Assembly: GCA_028874365.1 (NCBI GenBank)
Contig: JAPPJZ010000047.1
Span: forward strand, 4,306 to 68,305
Source: Chloroflexota bacterium
Lineage (GTDB): Bacteria > Chloroflexota > Dehalococcoidia > Bin125
Reading direction: 5' to 3'
Length of the DNA: 64,000 nt
Shown here: piece by piece, positions 1 to 10,894 of the stretch
Numbering within the stretch: the first letter of the stretch is position 1
Layout: every line of letters starts with the position of its first letter
The notes under the pieces: generated by a model
The model's input: only the letters and a program-made list of their open reading frames with translations
Database searches by the model: none
Told to the model about the DNA's origin: nothing
Made by a program: the position numbers and the translations under genes

Positions 1-20
1 GCGCTCCCCGTTGCGTATGA

Positions 21-41
21 GTCGTCGTCAGACTCGACGAC
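21..41 (-). terminator. 7-bp stem-loop just downstream of the esterase
   Basis: GTCGTCG-N7-CGACGAC; no U-tract, so terminator role is uncertain. Confidence 0.3.
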
Positions 42-52
42 ATGATTTGCTC

Positions 53-1591
<1,539 letters not shown>

Positions 1592-1681
1592 TGGTTGGTC
1601 CTTTCCCGACGTTTGGCGACGCTGTTTGGATTGGCGATAGCCTGCGCGGGCAGGCTGGCAGTCATGATAAGGCGGGGCGAC

Positions 1682-2713
1682 ATGGCAATCGGACAGGTCG
1701 GGCTGGGTCTGGATTTCTCCCTGGGAATGACGTTCGAGGACCAACAGACGCTGGCACGCGAGGCCGCCGATCTGGGTTATCAGTCGCTATGGACGCCAGA
1801 GGGCGCCGGTCTTGATTCGTTCCACCTCTGCGCGCTGCGCAACCAGGCCAGCGGGCTGGCGACCGGCATCGGCGTCTGCCCGATCTCATATCGGTCGCCG
1901 GTCGCGTTCGCAATGTCTGCGGGGACGGTGTCGGCGATGAGCGGCGGCAAGTTCTCGCTGGGGATCGGTTCGGGCGGCATCTACCGAGCAGATGCGCGAC
2001 GGCAACTGGGCTTGCCGCGCCGTTCAACGCTCGGCGTGATGCGTGAGTACACGGCGGCCGTGAGGGGGCTGCTGGCAGGTGAGTCGGTCAGCATCCAAGG
2101 CGAGGCGTTCCAGTACGACGGCGTGCAACTCGGATTCAGACCGCCGCCGACGCCTGTGTTGGTCGGCGCGTTGGGGCCGAAGATGATCCAGCTCGGCGCG
2201 GAGGTGGGCGATGGCGCGGTGCTCAACTGGTGCGATCCCGAGCGGGTGAGCTGGAGCCGCGATCGACTGAACGAAGGCGCGGCCAGGGCCGGCAAGCGAC
2301 CCGAGGACGTGCGGTTGGTCGAGTACATCCGCATCTGCGTCGACGACGATGTAGAGACAGCGCGGATGTCGTATGCGAAGTCGATGCTGGGCTACGCGCT
2401 CGGTCAAGAGGTGCCATCGGAGCGGTTGCGCAAGTTCGCCTACCGGGCTCATTTCGAGCGGATGGGCTTCACCGATGAGTTGGCGTCGCTCGACGACATG
2501 CGCCGCAGTGGGGCGTCCGCGGACGAGGTCGCAGCGGCCGCATCGGAGGAGTTGCTGACGAGGGTCGGCTACTACGGCAACGCCTCTGGAGCGAAGGCAG
2601 CATTCGAGGCACTGGCGGACGGTCTTGACACGGCAATCGTGCGTGTCGTCGCGGCCAAGCCGGGATTGGACGCGGTCCGGGCAGTCATGCGCGCATGCGC
2701 GCCGGATGGTTAG
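1682..2713 (+). CDS. Luciferase-like (LLM) flavin/F420-dependent oxidoreductase, 343 aa
   Basis: C-terminal part of ORF 1067..2713 from MAIGQVGLGL; GYQSLWTPE, GKFSLGIGSG, VLVGALGPKMIQLGAEVGDG are LLM-type motifs. Confidence 0.85.
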   Translation: MAIGQVGLGLDFSLGMTFEDQQTLAREAADLGYQSLWTPEGAGLDSFHLCALRNQASGLATGIGVCPISYRSPVAFAMSAGTVSAMSGGKFSLGIGSGGIYRADARRQLGLPRRSTLGVMREYTAAVRGLLAGESVSIQGEAFQYDGVQLGFRPPPTPVLVGALGPKMIQLGAEVGDGAVLNWCDPERVSWSRDRLNEGAARAGKRPEDVRLVEYIRICVDDDVETARMSYAKSMLGYALGQEVPSERLRKFAYRAHFERMGFTDELASLDDMRRSGASADEVAAAASEELLTRVGYYGNASGAKAAFEALADGLDTAIVRVVAAKPGLDAVRAVMRACAPDG

Positions 2714-3618
2714 GCGCTATCGCTTGACAGCTCAGACAGAGACTTGACGGCGTTGTCGACTAGCACCGGGTGTGTGCCGCGCGGCAGGTAGTAGGCGATC
2801 TGGATGACGGCGATCGACAGCGCCCAGGCGCGACCGCGTGCCCAGGTGTGCTGATCGATTTCTGCCGCATCGCGCAGTACTTCTCGAGCGTCGGGCGTCG
2901 CCCAACCCCAGGCGACATGCAACTCGGCGGCCGGATCGCCAGCTCCGGCCATGCCCCAGTCGATCACGGCGCTCAATCGGCCGTCCAAGGCGAGCATGTT
3001 GCCCGCATGGAGATCGAAATGGCACCAGCGCGGTGGTTGCTCGTACTCCGGGAGCCTCTGGGCGTCGTCCCAGATGCGCTCCAGCCGAGGGAGCTCGAGC
3101 AGATCGTCGAGCTGAGGCATTGCGGCCATCGCGCGCAACGCACGGCGCGTGAGGCCGTCGCGCGCGCAGAGCGGCAGCCCTCGCCCGCCGGTCTCCGGTC
3201 CGCTTCGCGGAGCGTCCGAGGCATCGATCCGGCGAAGCGCGAGCAGGAACTCTCCCAGCGTCGCGGCGGCGACCAAGGGGTCGGCGAGACGGTCGAGTGA
3301 CGCTTCTTCGCCATCGATCCAGTCCACCACTGACCAGACCCAGGGAAAGCCGGCTGCCGGCCGACCCTCGCCCAGGATGCGCGGGACGCGCAGCGGTAGA
3401 TGCGGCGCGATCCGAAGCAGCCAGTACTGCTCCTTGGAAATGTTCGGCACCGCGCGAGCGATCTGCGGCACGCGGACGCACATGTCATCGCCCAGGCGAA
3501 ACATGATGTTGTCTGTGCCGTCGGACGGGACCGGCCGCAGCGGCAACTCGGCCCACTGCGGAAACTGCGCTGCCAGGAGCCTGCGGACGAGGGCGTGATC
3601 GATCGGCTGATCGCTCAC
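2710..3618 (-). CDS. Aminoglycoside phosphotransferase (APH) family kinase
   Basis: GTDNIMFRLG, HFDLHAGNML (Brenner-like motif), VIDWG. Confidence 0.85.
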   Translation of the reverse strand: MSDQPIDHALVRRLLAAQFPQWAELPLRPVPSDGTDNIMFRLGDDMCVRVPQIARAVPNISKEQYWLLRIAPHLPLRVPRILGEGRPAAGFPWVWSVVDWIDGEEASLDRLADPLVAAATLGEFLLALRRIDASDAPRSGPETGGRGLPLCARDGLTRRALRAMAAMPQLDDLLELPRLERIWDDAQRLPEYEQPPRWCHFDLHAGNMLALDGRLSAVIDWGMAGAGDPAAELHVAWGWATPDAREVLRDAAEIDQHTWARGRAWALSIAVIQIAYYLPRGTHPVLVDNAVKSLSELSSDSA

Positions 3619-3649
3619 GGTGGACTCGTGGCCCGTTTACAGGACGCGA

Positions 3650-4621
3650 TCAGGCGCAGGCCTCGTCGTCTAGCGACCAGCGGTTGTATTCGGGGTCTGG
3701 CTGATCGGCGAGGGCGGCTCGGGCGTCGAGCCACATTTGCCGCCACCTCGAGGCGTCGTGGAGCACGGCGTCGGGGTCGCGTTGGCTGCGGGCGACGAAG
3801 CCAGGGAAGGCGTCGCGGCCGGTCGGCTGACCGGGCGGGTGATAGCGGAGGTCAAAGCTCCAGCGGATGCGCTCGCTCAGGTTGGGCAGTGCTGCGTGGA
3901 TCGTCTTGCGGTGCAGGAAGAGGCAGCCGCCGGCGGGCAGCGGCACGGCCCGCTCGGTGTTTTCGCCGGGCAGGATCGTGGAGGGGATGTTCAGGCCCTG
4001 CACGCCGCCGCAGTGGGTCAGCACTTCGCCCCGGTGGGAGCCGGGGATGACCCGCAGACAGCCGTTCTCGGCGTCGGTGTCCATCAGCGGGAACCAGACC
4101 GTGAGCATGTCGGTGTCGTCGGCCGAGGCGTTGACCACACCGGAGTCCTGGTGCCAGGGCGTGGCGCCGTAGATCACGTTGCCGTCGGCGTCGCGAGGCG
4201 CGATCGACTCGGGCACCTTGACCCGCACGTGTTGAACCGGATTCGAGTAGATCTCGGGACCGATGAAGCACTCGACCGTGTCGAGCAGGCTGGCGTTGGT
4301 CAGCGCGTCGAAGACGGCGGGGCCGGCCCAGAATGGCGTGTCTGCCTTGATCCCCTTCTGCGGCAGGGAGAAGTCGAAGTACTGGGCGTGAACCTTCTGC
4401 GACTCGACGTAGACCTTTGAGACTCGCTCTCCAAACGGCAAGCCTGAGTACGGGTCGGCGATGATGCCCTGAGCGTGGAGGTCATGGGCGAGCGTGTCGA
4501 GCACCTCGGCGTATTCGTCCATGACCGGATCGATCACTTCCTCGGGATCGAAGACCTCGTCGACGGCGAGGAACCCGAAGGTTTCGAAGTGGTCGAGCTG
4601 TTCGGCGGTCAGGGTCGGCAT
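3650..4621 (-). CDS. Phytanoyl-CoA dioxygenase (PhyH) family Fe(II)/2OG dioxygenase
   Basis: PWHQD, TVWFPL, NGCLRVIPGSH, distal H in IHAALPN, R in RWSFDLRY. Confidence 0.88.
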   Translation of the reverse strand: MPTLTAEQLDHFETFGFLAVDEVFDPEEVIDPVMDEYAEVLDTLAHDLHAQGIIADPYSGLPFGERVSKVYVESQKVHAQYFDFSLPQKGIKADTPFWAGPAVFDALTNASLLDTVECFIGPEIYSNPVQHVRVKVPESIAPRDADGNVIYGATPWHQDSGVVNASADDTDMLTVWFPLMDTDAENGCLRVIPGSHRGEVLTHCGGVQGLNIPSTILPGENTERAVPLPAGGCLFLHRKTIHAALPNLSERIRWSFDLRYHPPGQPTGRDAFPGFVARSQRDPDAVLHDASRWRQMWLDARAALADQPDPEYNRWSLDDEACA

Positions 4622-4682
4622 GGGCGCTCTCGCGACGTTCGCTGGCGTTCGGCGGTGTTCGGGCTTACCCGAAGCTTAACGG

Positions 4683-4725
4683 CTCCGAGCGGGGTGACGG
4701 ACGCGATGTCCGGCCCCGCTCGGAG
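4683..4725 (-). other. Two-tier stem-loop in the 3' UTR of SBP1
   Basis: Perfect 12-bp inverted repeat CTCCGAGCGGGG/CCCCGCTCGGAG enclosing GGAC-GCGAT-GTCC. Confidence 0.6.
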
Positions 4726-4748
4726 TTGGTCTCGTCCGGGTGGACGGC

Positions 4749-6692
4749 TTAGGTCTTGAGCTTCTGGATCGCGGTCAGGCTGCCCTCGCCGCGAAGCTCG
4801 GCCGGGCCGACCGGCCAGTTGATGCTGGCCGCCGTGGCCGACGCTGAGGAGACCTCGGTCAGGAAGATCCACGAGAAGTTGTCGTAGAAGGTGACGTAGA
4901 AGTCTTCGAGCAATGCGGCCCGTTCGCCCGGATCCATTGCCTGGTTCTGCGCGATGTACAGCTCCTGGATATCGGTCTCGGGGTAAACGGAGACGGCGTA
5001 GAAGCCTTCCTCGTTGATCTCGGAGCCGATCACGGTCTCCGGCTCGGCGATGCTGTTGGTGAAGAACCAGAACAGGCCGGGCTTCGAGAACGTGCGCACT
5101 TCGGCGAAGTACTCGCTGGAGAGGTACTCAACGATCTTGGTGCGGATACCGACCGCCTCGAGGTCTTCCTGAATGACCAAGGCCATGGTCGGCACGATGA
5201 CCTGGAAGTCGGTCACGATGTGCAGGTCGACATCGATGCCGTCCGGATAGCCGGCTTCAGCCAACAGAGCCTTGGCGCGCTCCGGGTCGTACCCGTGATA
5301 GCGCGACTCGAGTGCGTCCTTGGGGAAACCGATGGTGCCCTTGTAGGGACCGTATGACGGTTGCTCAGATCCGGTCAGCAGACCCTCGATGATCGCCTCG
5401 CGGTTGATGGCCAGGTTGGCCGCTTCGCGCACACGGATGTCGAGGAACGGGTTGGGTACGCCGTCGACCTCGGCCACCGACTCATGGGTGTTAAACATGA
5501 TGTGGTGGGTCGGATTACCGGCCGGCCCGTAGAGGATCTTGAAGTTCTCGTTGTCCTCGTAGGGGACGACGATGTCGGTCGGCAGGTTGTAGGCCACATC
5601 GACTTCGCCGGCCTCGATGCCCGCGAGCTGCGCGAGCGGCTCCGGGCGAATCTTCACGTCGAGGTCCTTGTACCACGGCAGTCGCGGCAGGACCAGGCCG
5701 TCGCGGCCGCGGCGGTACTGATCGTTTCGAGTCCAGTTGAAGCCGACATCTGGCGTGTGCGACTGGAAGACGAATGGACCGGTACCCATGGCCTGCTCGG
5801 TGTCGACGTAGCCGTCACCGTGCTCCTCGACGAACGCCTTGGACATGTGGCGCACGGCGCCGGACATGATCGATCCAGCCAGCGAGGCGTTCGGCGCCGG
5901 CGTCTCGACGCGGAAGGTCAGGTCGTCAACGACGCTGTAGCTGGCGAAGTTCCCCGTGCCGAATGTCCCCCGTGCGGTGCCCCATCCATTCGGATGATCG
6001 CTCGTCTCGCCGCCTGAGTGGTACTCGGCTTCCGACGCCACGCGTTGGAAGTTGAACTCGAGGTCGTGCGCCGTGTACTGAGAGCCGTCGTGGAACAGCG
6101 CGTCATCGGTGACGTGCATGATCAGGTTGGTCGGGTCGACGATTTCGATCGCCGCCACGAGGTTCGGCTCCAGCGCAGCGGTCTCCGGGTGGTTCGACAT
6201 GCCCGCCTCGAAGGTGCAGGCGCCGTTGATGTAGTTGGTCTGTGACCCGGAGCGCTGCGGGTCGAGGCCGGCCGTGTAGCGCGACGTGGCAACGTAGAGC
6301 GTCGCTTCGGTGTCGATCTCCGGCTCGGCCGCCTGCACGTCCTGTTGGGCCTGGTCGCGCTCGATCGCTTCGACCGTGCCTTCCTGGGCCTGCTCCTGCT
6401 GCTCGACCTGTTGGGCTTGCTGCTCAGCCTGCTGCTCGGCCTGCTCCTGCTGCATGGCCTGCTGCTGTTGCTGTTGCTGCTCCGGCTGCTCGGCCGCCGG
6501 TTGCGGCTGTTCCTGCTGCTGCTGCGGTTGCGCCTGGGCGACCGCCTGCTGCTGGTCGTCGTCATCGTCATCGCCACAGCCGACGAGCGCGAGACCGGCC
6601 GCACCGACACCGGCGCGCGAGCTTGCTCGCAGCAGGGCCCGGCGTGACAGGCGCCGGCGACTCATCCGAGTCCAGTAGTTTCGCTTGTGCAT
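4749..6692 (-). CDS. Family-5 ABC substrate-binding lipoprotein (Tat), paralog 1
   Basis: SRRALL twin-Arg, LVGC lipobox, D-run and Q/E/A linker, AMGTGPF, DIRVREAANLAINREAI, LAEAGYPDG. Confidence 0.92.
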   Translation of the reverse strand: MHKRNYWTRMSRRRLSRRALLRASSRAGVGAAGLALVGCGDDDDDDQQQAVAQAQPQQQQEQPQPAAEQPEQQQQQQQAMQQEQAEQQAEQQAQQVEQQEQAQEGTVEAIERDQAQQDVQAAEPEIDTEATLYVATSRYTAGLDPQRSGSQTNYINGACTFEAGMSNHPETAALEPNLVAAIEIVDPTNLIMHVTDDALFHDGSQYTAHDLEFNFQRVASEAEYHSGGETSDHPNGWGTARGTFGTGNFASYSVVDDLTFRVETPAPNASLAGSIMSGAVRHMSKAFVEEHGDGYVDTEQAMGTGPFVFQSHTPDVGFNWTRNDQYRRGRDGLVLPRLPWYKDLDVKIRPEPLAQLAGIEAGEVDVAYNLPTDIVVPYEDNENFKILYGPAGNPTHHIMFNTHESVAEVDGVPNPFLDIRVREAANLAINREAIIEGLLTGSEQPSYGPYKGTIGFPKDALESRYHGYDPERAKALLAEAGYPDGIDVDLHIVTDFQVIVPTMALVIQEDLEAVGIRTKIVEYLSSEYFAEVRTFSKPGLFWFFTNSIAEPETVIGSEINEEGFYAVSVYPETDIQELYIAQNQAMDPGERAALLEDFYVTFYDNFSWIFLTEVSSASATAASINWPVGPAELRGEGSLTAIQKLKT

Positions 6693-6866
6693 CTTCGCTC
6701 CTTCACAATGCGACGCACACGGACTCGCCGTCCGCGCACGTTCGGCAAAGTTTAGGCGATCACGAACTATTCGGTCTACGGCTTATGTCGCAAGCGCAGC
6801 GTCGACGGCCCCCGGGGGGTGGAGACCGCTCTCGGGCCCGCTGATCATGTCTCGTGCAGGCGGGTT

Positions 6867-6906
6867 GCGAGCGGAACTCAGGAGCGATCTCCCTCGTCCC
6901 GCTCGC
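6867..6906 (-). other. Two-tier stem-loop in the 3' UTR of SBP2
   Basis: GCGAGCGG/CCGCTCGC arms enclosing GGAG-CGAT-CTCC; same architecture as 4683..4725. Confidence 0.55.
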
Positions 6907-6930
6907 GTGCGCCTAGTCTGCGGCGGCCCG

Positions 6931-8880
6931 CTAGGCCGTCTTCAGCTTCTGGATCTTCGAGAGCGTGCCCTCGCCGCGCAACTCTGCTGGTCCGACCGGC
7001 CAGTTGATGTTCGCCGCCGTAATCGATGCCGCTGAGATCTCAGTGAGGAAGAGCCACGAGTAGTTGTCGTAGAACAGGGTGTAGAGCTGCTCGATCAAAT
7101 CCGCGCGCTCCGCAGGCACCATCGCCTGCTTCTGGGCGAGGTAGAGCTCGTGAATCTCGGTCTCGGGGTAGACCGACACCGAGTAGAACCCGGTCTCGCT
7201 GATCTCGGCGCCAATCACCGACTCCGGCTCCGCCGAGGCGTTGCTGAAGAAGTAGAACATGCCCGGCTTTGAGAATGTCCGCACCTCAGCGAAGTACTCC
7301 GAGCTGAGGTATTCGATGATCGTGGTGCGGATGCCGACCGCTTCCAAATCCTGCTGCACGATCAGCGCCATGGTCGGGACGATGACCTGGAAGTCGGTCA
7401 CGATGTGCAGATCGACGTCAATCCCGTCTGGGTAACCGGCCTCGGCGAGCAATTGCTTGGCTCGCTCCGGATCGTACGGGTGTTGGCGTGCACGCAACGC
7501 TTCGCCGGGGAAGCCGATCGTGCCCTTGTAGACGCCGTAGGACGGTTCCTCTACGCCGGTCAACAGACCTTCGATGATCGCCTGGCGGTTGATCGCGATG
7601 TTCGCGGCCTCTCGCACGCGGATGTCGAGGAAGGGGTTGGGTACGCCGTCGACCTCATCCACGGCGTCATGCGTGTTGAACATGATGTTGTGGGTGGGGT
7701 TGCCCGACGGTCCGTAGAGCACCTTGAACCGGGGATCGCCGTCGTACGGCGCGACCACGTCGGTGGGCAGGTTGTAGGCGGCGTCGATCTCGCCTGCTTC
7801 GATACCGGCGATCTGGGCCAGCGGTTCGGGGCGCAGCCGAACGTGCAGGTCCTTGTACCAGGCCAGGCGCGGCCCGGCGAGGGCGTCGCGATCCTTGTGA
7901 TACCCCTCGTAGCGGGTGTAGTTGAAGCCGACGTCGGGCAAGTGCTCCTGGAACACGAACGGCCCGGTCCCGACCGCCTCGACCGTGTCGACGTACTCGT
8001 CGCCGTTGGTCTCGACGAACTCCTTCGAGTGCTGTACGACGGCGCCGCCCGTGATCGACGCAACCAGCGAGGCATTCGGCGCCGGCGTCTCGACGGCAAT
8101 GGAGTAGTCGTCGATCAGGTTGTAGCTGGAGAAGTTCTCCGTGCCGAACGTCTGTCGGGCCGAGCCCCAGCCGTTCGGGTGATCGCTGGTCTCGCCGCCC
8201 TGGTGATACTCAGCCGCCGACGAGACACGTTCCCAGTTGAACTGCAGGTCGTGCGCCGTGTAGGGCGTGCCGGAATGGAAGTTGATACCCTGCGCCACGT
8301 GGAAGATCAGATTCGTCGGATCGATCAGCTCGACGGTCTCGACCAGATTGGGCTCGAGAGCTGCCGTTTCGGGGTGATTGTTCATCGCGGAGTCGAACAC
8401 CGTGGATGAGTTGACGTAGTTCGTCTGCGATCCGGAGCGCTGGCCGTCGAGTCCGGCGGTGTAGCGTCCGGTGGCCAGGTTGAGCGTCGCTTCGAGGTCG
8501 ATCTCGGGCTCGGCCGCTTCGACGTCTTGCTGCGCCTCTTCGCGCTCGATCGCCTCGACCGTTCCCTGCTGGGCCTGCTGTTCCTGCTGCTCGACCTGTT
8601 CGGCCTGTTGCTCAGCCTGCTGCTCGGCCTGCTCCTGTTGCATGGCCTGCTGCTGTTGCTGCTGTTGTTGCGGCTGTTCTGCAGCGGGCTGGGGTTGTGC
8701 TTGCTGCTGCTCCTGAGGTTGCGCCTGTACGACAGTCTGCTGCGCGTCGTCATCGTCGTCGCCGCAACCGACCAGCGCAATGCCGGCCGCGCCAACACCG
8801 GCGCGGGCTGAGGCACGCAACAGGGTTCGTCGCGACAGCCGTCGATGCCCCAATCGTTTCCAGTAGTTTCGTGTTGACAT
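6931..8880 (-). CDS. Family-5 ABC substrate-binding lipoprotein (Tat), paralog 2
   Basis: Same motifs as paralog 1 and highly similar sequence. Start reset to ATG 8880 (MSTRNYW) with GGAG upstream. Confidence 0.92.
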   Translation of the reverse strand: MSTRNYWKRLGHRRLSRRTLLRASARAGVGAAGIALVGCGDDDDDAQQTVVQAQPQEQQQAQPQPAAEQPQQQQQQQQAMQQEQAEQQAEQQAEQVEQQEQQAQQGTVEAIEREEAQQDVEAAEPEIDLEATLNLATGRYTAGLDGQRSGSQTNYVNSSTVFDSAMNNHPETAALEPNLVETVELIDPTNLIFHVAQGINFHSGTPYTAHDLQFNWERVSSAAEYHQGGETSDHPNGWGSARQTFGTENFSSYNLIDDYSIAVETPAPNASLVASITGGAVVQHSKEFVETNGDEYVDTVEAVGTGPFVFQEHLPDVGFNYTRYEGYHKDRDALAGPRLAWYKDLHVRLRPEPLAQIAGIEAGEIDAAYNLPTDVVAPYDGDPRFKVLYGPSGNPTHNIMFNTHDAVDEVDGVPNPFLDIRVREAANIAINRQAIIEGLLTGVEEPSYGVYKGTIGFPGEALRARQHPYDPERAKQLLAEAGYPDGIDVDLHIVTDFQVIVPTMALIVQQDLEAVGIRTTIIEYLSSEYFAEVRTFSKPGMFYFFSNASAEPESVIGAEISETGFYSVSVYPETEIHELYLAQKQAMVPAERADLIEQLYTLFYDNYSWLFLTEISAASITAANINWPVGPAELRGEGTLSKIQKLKTA

Positions 8881-8981
8881 CGCTCGTCTCCAAACCTGAC
8901 GGGTACGTCCCGCCAAAGATTGGCTCCGATCGTAAGAAGTCCCAGACGCCCTATTGGTACCCGTGATGACGTTCCGTTACG

Positions 8982-9881
8982 TCAACCGAGGTTGCGCAGG
9001 CGGGGATCGAGCAGGTCGCGCAGCCAGTCGCCGACGAGGTTGCCACTGAGCGCGACGAGCATGAGGGCGAGACCGGGCATCCACATCACCCACCAGGCCT
9101 GGGTCAGGTAGTTGCGCGCCTCGGTGATCATCCGGCCCCAGGTCGCCTGTTCAACGGGGGCGCCGACGCCGAGGAAGCTGAGCGAGGCCTCGGCCACGAT
9201 CACGACCGGCACTTGCAGGGTCATGATCACGACGATCGTGTTGAAGACGTTGGGCAGCAACTGCTTGCGCATGATCCAGAAGCCGCTGCCTCCTGCTGCC
9301 ATGGAGGCGATTACGAACTCGCGCTCCTTGAGCGAGAGCACCTCGGCGCGAACCAGACGCGCATATCCGGCCCAGGTCCAGAACAGGAGGATCAGCACCA
9401 CGTTCCAGATCGAAGCTCCCAGGGCGGCGCCGAGCAGGACGGCAAACACGATGGCCGGTAGCGCAAGCTGGACATCGACGTAGCGCATCAGAGCCTGACC
9501 CAGTTTGCCGCTGCGCCAGCCCGCGATCACCCCGACTGTGCTGCCGAAGAGCGCTGCACCGGGAACGACGATCGCGACCACAATCAGCGAGATGCGCGCG
9601 CCGTGGACGATGCGCGTCCAGATGTCGCGGCCGATGTGATCGGTCCCCAGCAAGCTCTCGCTGGTTCCGCCATCGAACACCGGACGGGCCAGCTTGTTGA
9701 GCACGTTGGTGTCGCCCGGGTCGCCAGGAGCGATGATGTCCGCGAAAATCCCGAAGACGAAGAACATCAGCATGATCGTCAGCGGAGGTACGAGCAGCAG
9801 TGAACGTCGGATGCGACGCGGTCGGCGTATTCGCCACCTGCTTCGCGTCTCAATCGCGGTGTCGGCAATCCGCTCGCTCAT
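8982..9881 (-). CDS. dppC: Peptide/nickel ABC permease, DppC/OppC-like
   Basis: LLGTDHIGRDIWTRIVHGARISL, EFVIASMAAG (EAA loop), LSFLGVG...WGRMI. Confidence 0.88.
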   Translation of the reverse strand: MSERIADTAIETRSRWRIRRPRRIRRSLLLVPPLTIMLMFFVFGIFADIIAPGDPGDTNVLNKLARPVFDGGTSESLLGTDHIGRDIWTRIVHGARISLIVVAIVVPGAALFGSTVGVIAGWRSGKLGQALMRYVDVQLALPAIVFAVLLGAALGASIWNVVLILLFWTWAGYARLVRAEVLSLKEREFVIASMAAGGSGFWIMRKQLLPNVFNTIVVIMTLQVPVVIVAEASLSFLGVGAPVEQATWGRMITEARNYLTQAWWVMWMPGLALMLVALSGNLVGDWLRDLLDPRLRNLG

Positions 9882-9883
9882 GA

Positions 9884-10819
9884 CTAGAGCTCCGCCGCCT
9901 GGATGCGCGGGTCGATGAATCGGTATGAGATATCGACCAGCAGGTTGCCCATGGCGATCGAGAAGGCGATCACGGCCACTCCGGCCTGCACCGTGGGGAA
10001 GTCATCCTTGAGAATCGATTCGATCATCAGCCGTCCCAGTCCCGGCCAGGAGAAGACGACCTCGATGATCACCGACCCGGCGATCAACGTGCCCAACTCC
10101 AGTCCAAGGATGGTCGCGACCGGGATCATCGCGTGACGCAGCGCGTGGCGAACGATCACGGTTCGCTCGTTCAGTCCCTTGGCCCGAGCTGTGCGGATGA
10201 AGTCGGTGTTCATCACGTCGATCATGCCTGAGCGGGTCAGCCGCATGAACCCGGCGGCAGAGAGCAGACCCAGCGAAACGGCCGGCAGCACCAGCGCGCG
10301 GAAGCCCTCCGCTCCAGCGGTTGGGAACCAGTCCACACGCACCGCGAGGAAAAAGATCAGCATCAATCCCAGCCAGAAGCTTGGCGTCGCCTGACCGAAG
10401 ACCGCGATCAGCCGGGCGAGCCAGTCATATGGGGAGCCGCGCGTCAGCGCAGCCAGGATGCCGAGTGGGATGCCCAGGCCGATGGCGACGACCAGCCCAG
10501 CCGCGGTGAGCTTGACCGTCGGCAGAATCTTGTCGGCGACGATATCGATGGCAGAGCCGGCCCGAATAAAGGAATAGCCCAGATCGCCTTGCACGGCATC
10601 CTTCAGGAAAATTCCGTACTGGGTATAGAGCGGCTTGTCGATGCCCAGGCGCTCGCGGACCTTCTCGTAGTCGGCCTCGGTCGTGTCGAAGGGAGGCAGC
10701 AACGCAGCCTCTGGGTTGCCGAAGATTCTCGCGACCACAAACACGATGGTGACCACGACCCAGATCACGAAGATCGTCTGAATCAAGCGGATCAGCAGCA
10801 GGCTGATGAATTGCATCAC
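9884..10819 (-). CDS. dppB: Peptide/nickel ABC permease, DppB/OppB-like
   Basis: LGIDKPLYTQY, DFIRTARAKGL, IIEVVFSWPGLGRL. Start GTG 10819 or ATG 10816. Confidence 0.88.
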   Translation of the reverse strand: MMQFISLLLIRLIQTIFVIWVVVTIVFVVARIFGNPEAALLPPFDTTEADYEKVRERLGIDKPLYTQYGIFLKDAVQGDLGYSFIRAGSAIDIVADKILPTVKLTAAGLVVAIGLGIPLGILAALTRGSPYDWLARLIAVFGQATPSFWLGLMLIFFLAVRVDWFPTAGAEGFRALVLPAVSLGLLSAAGFMRLTRSGMIDVMNTDFIRTARAKGLNERTVIVRHALRHAMIPVATILGLELGTLIAGSVIIEVVFSWPGLGRLMIESILKDDFPTVQAGVAVIAFSIAMGNLLVDISYRFIDPRIQAAEL

Positions 10820-10894
10820 TCACTCCGCGGCGCACGATCAGGCGAGCGTCGCTGTACGCGGCATTCTAGCCAGACGATATCTGTGTGTGCAGCC

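Noticed and set aside
2710-3618. APH gene as a bona fide antibiotic-resistance determinant
   Set aside because: Fold-level motifs only, no mobile context; many such kinases act on other substrates.
6702-6708. Rex half-site TTCACAA near the SBP1 start
   Set aside because: No partner half-site at 4-nt spacing; it abuts the AAGGAG RBS.
6380-8720. CAG/GAG repeats as a CRISPR or non-coding VNTR array
   Set aside because: They are in-frame Gln/Glu linkers with no constant repeat-spacer structure.
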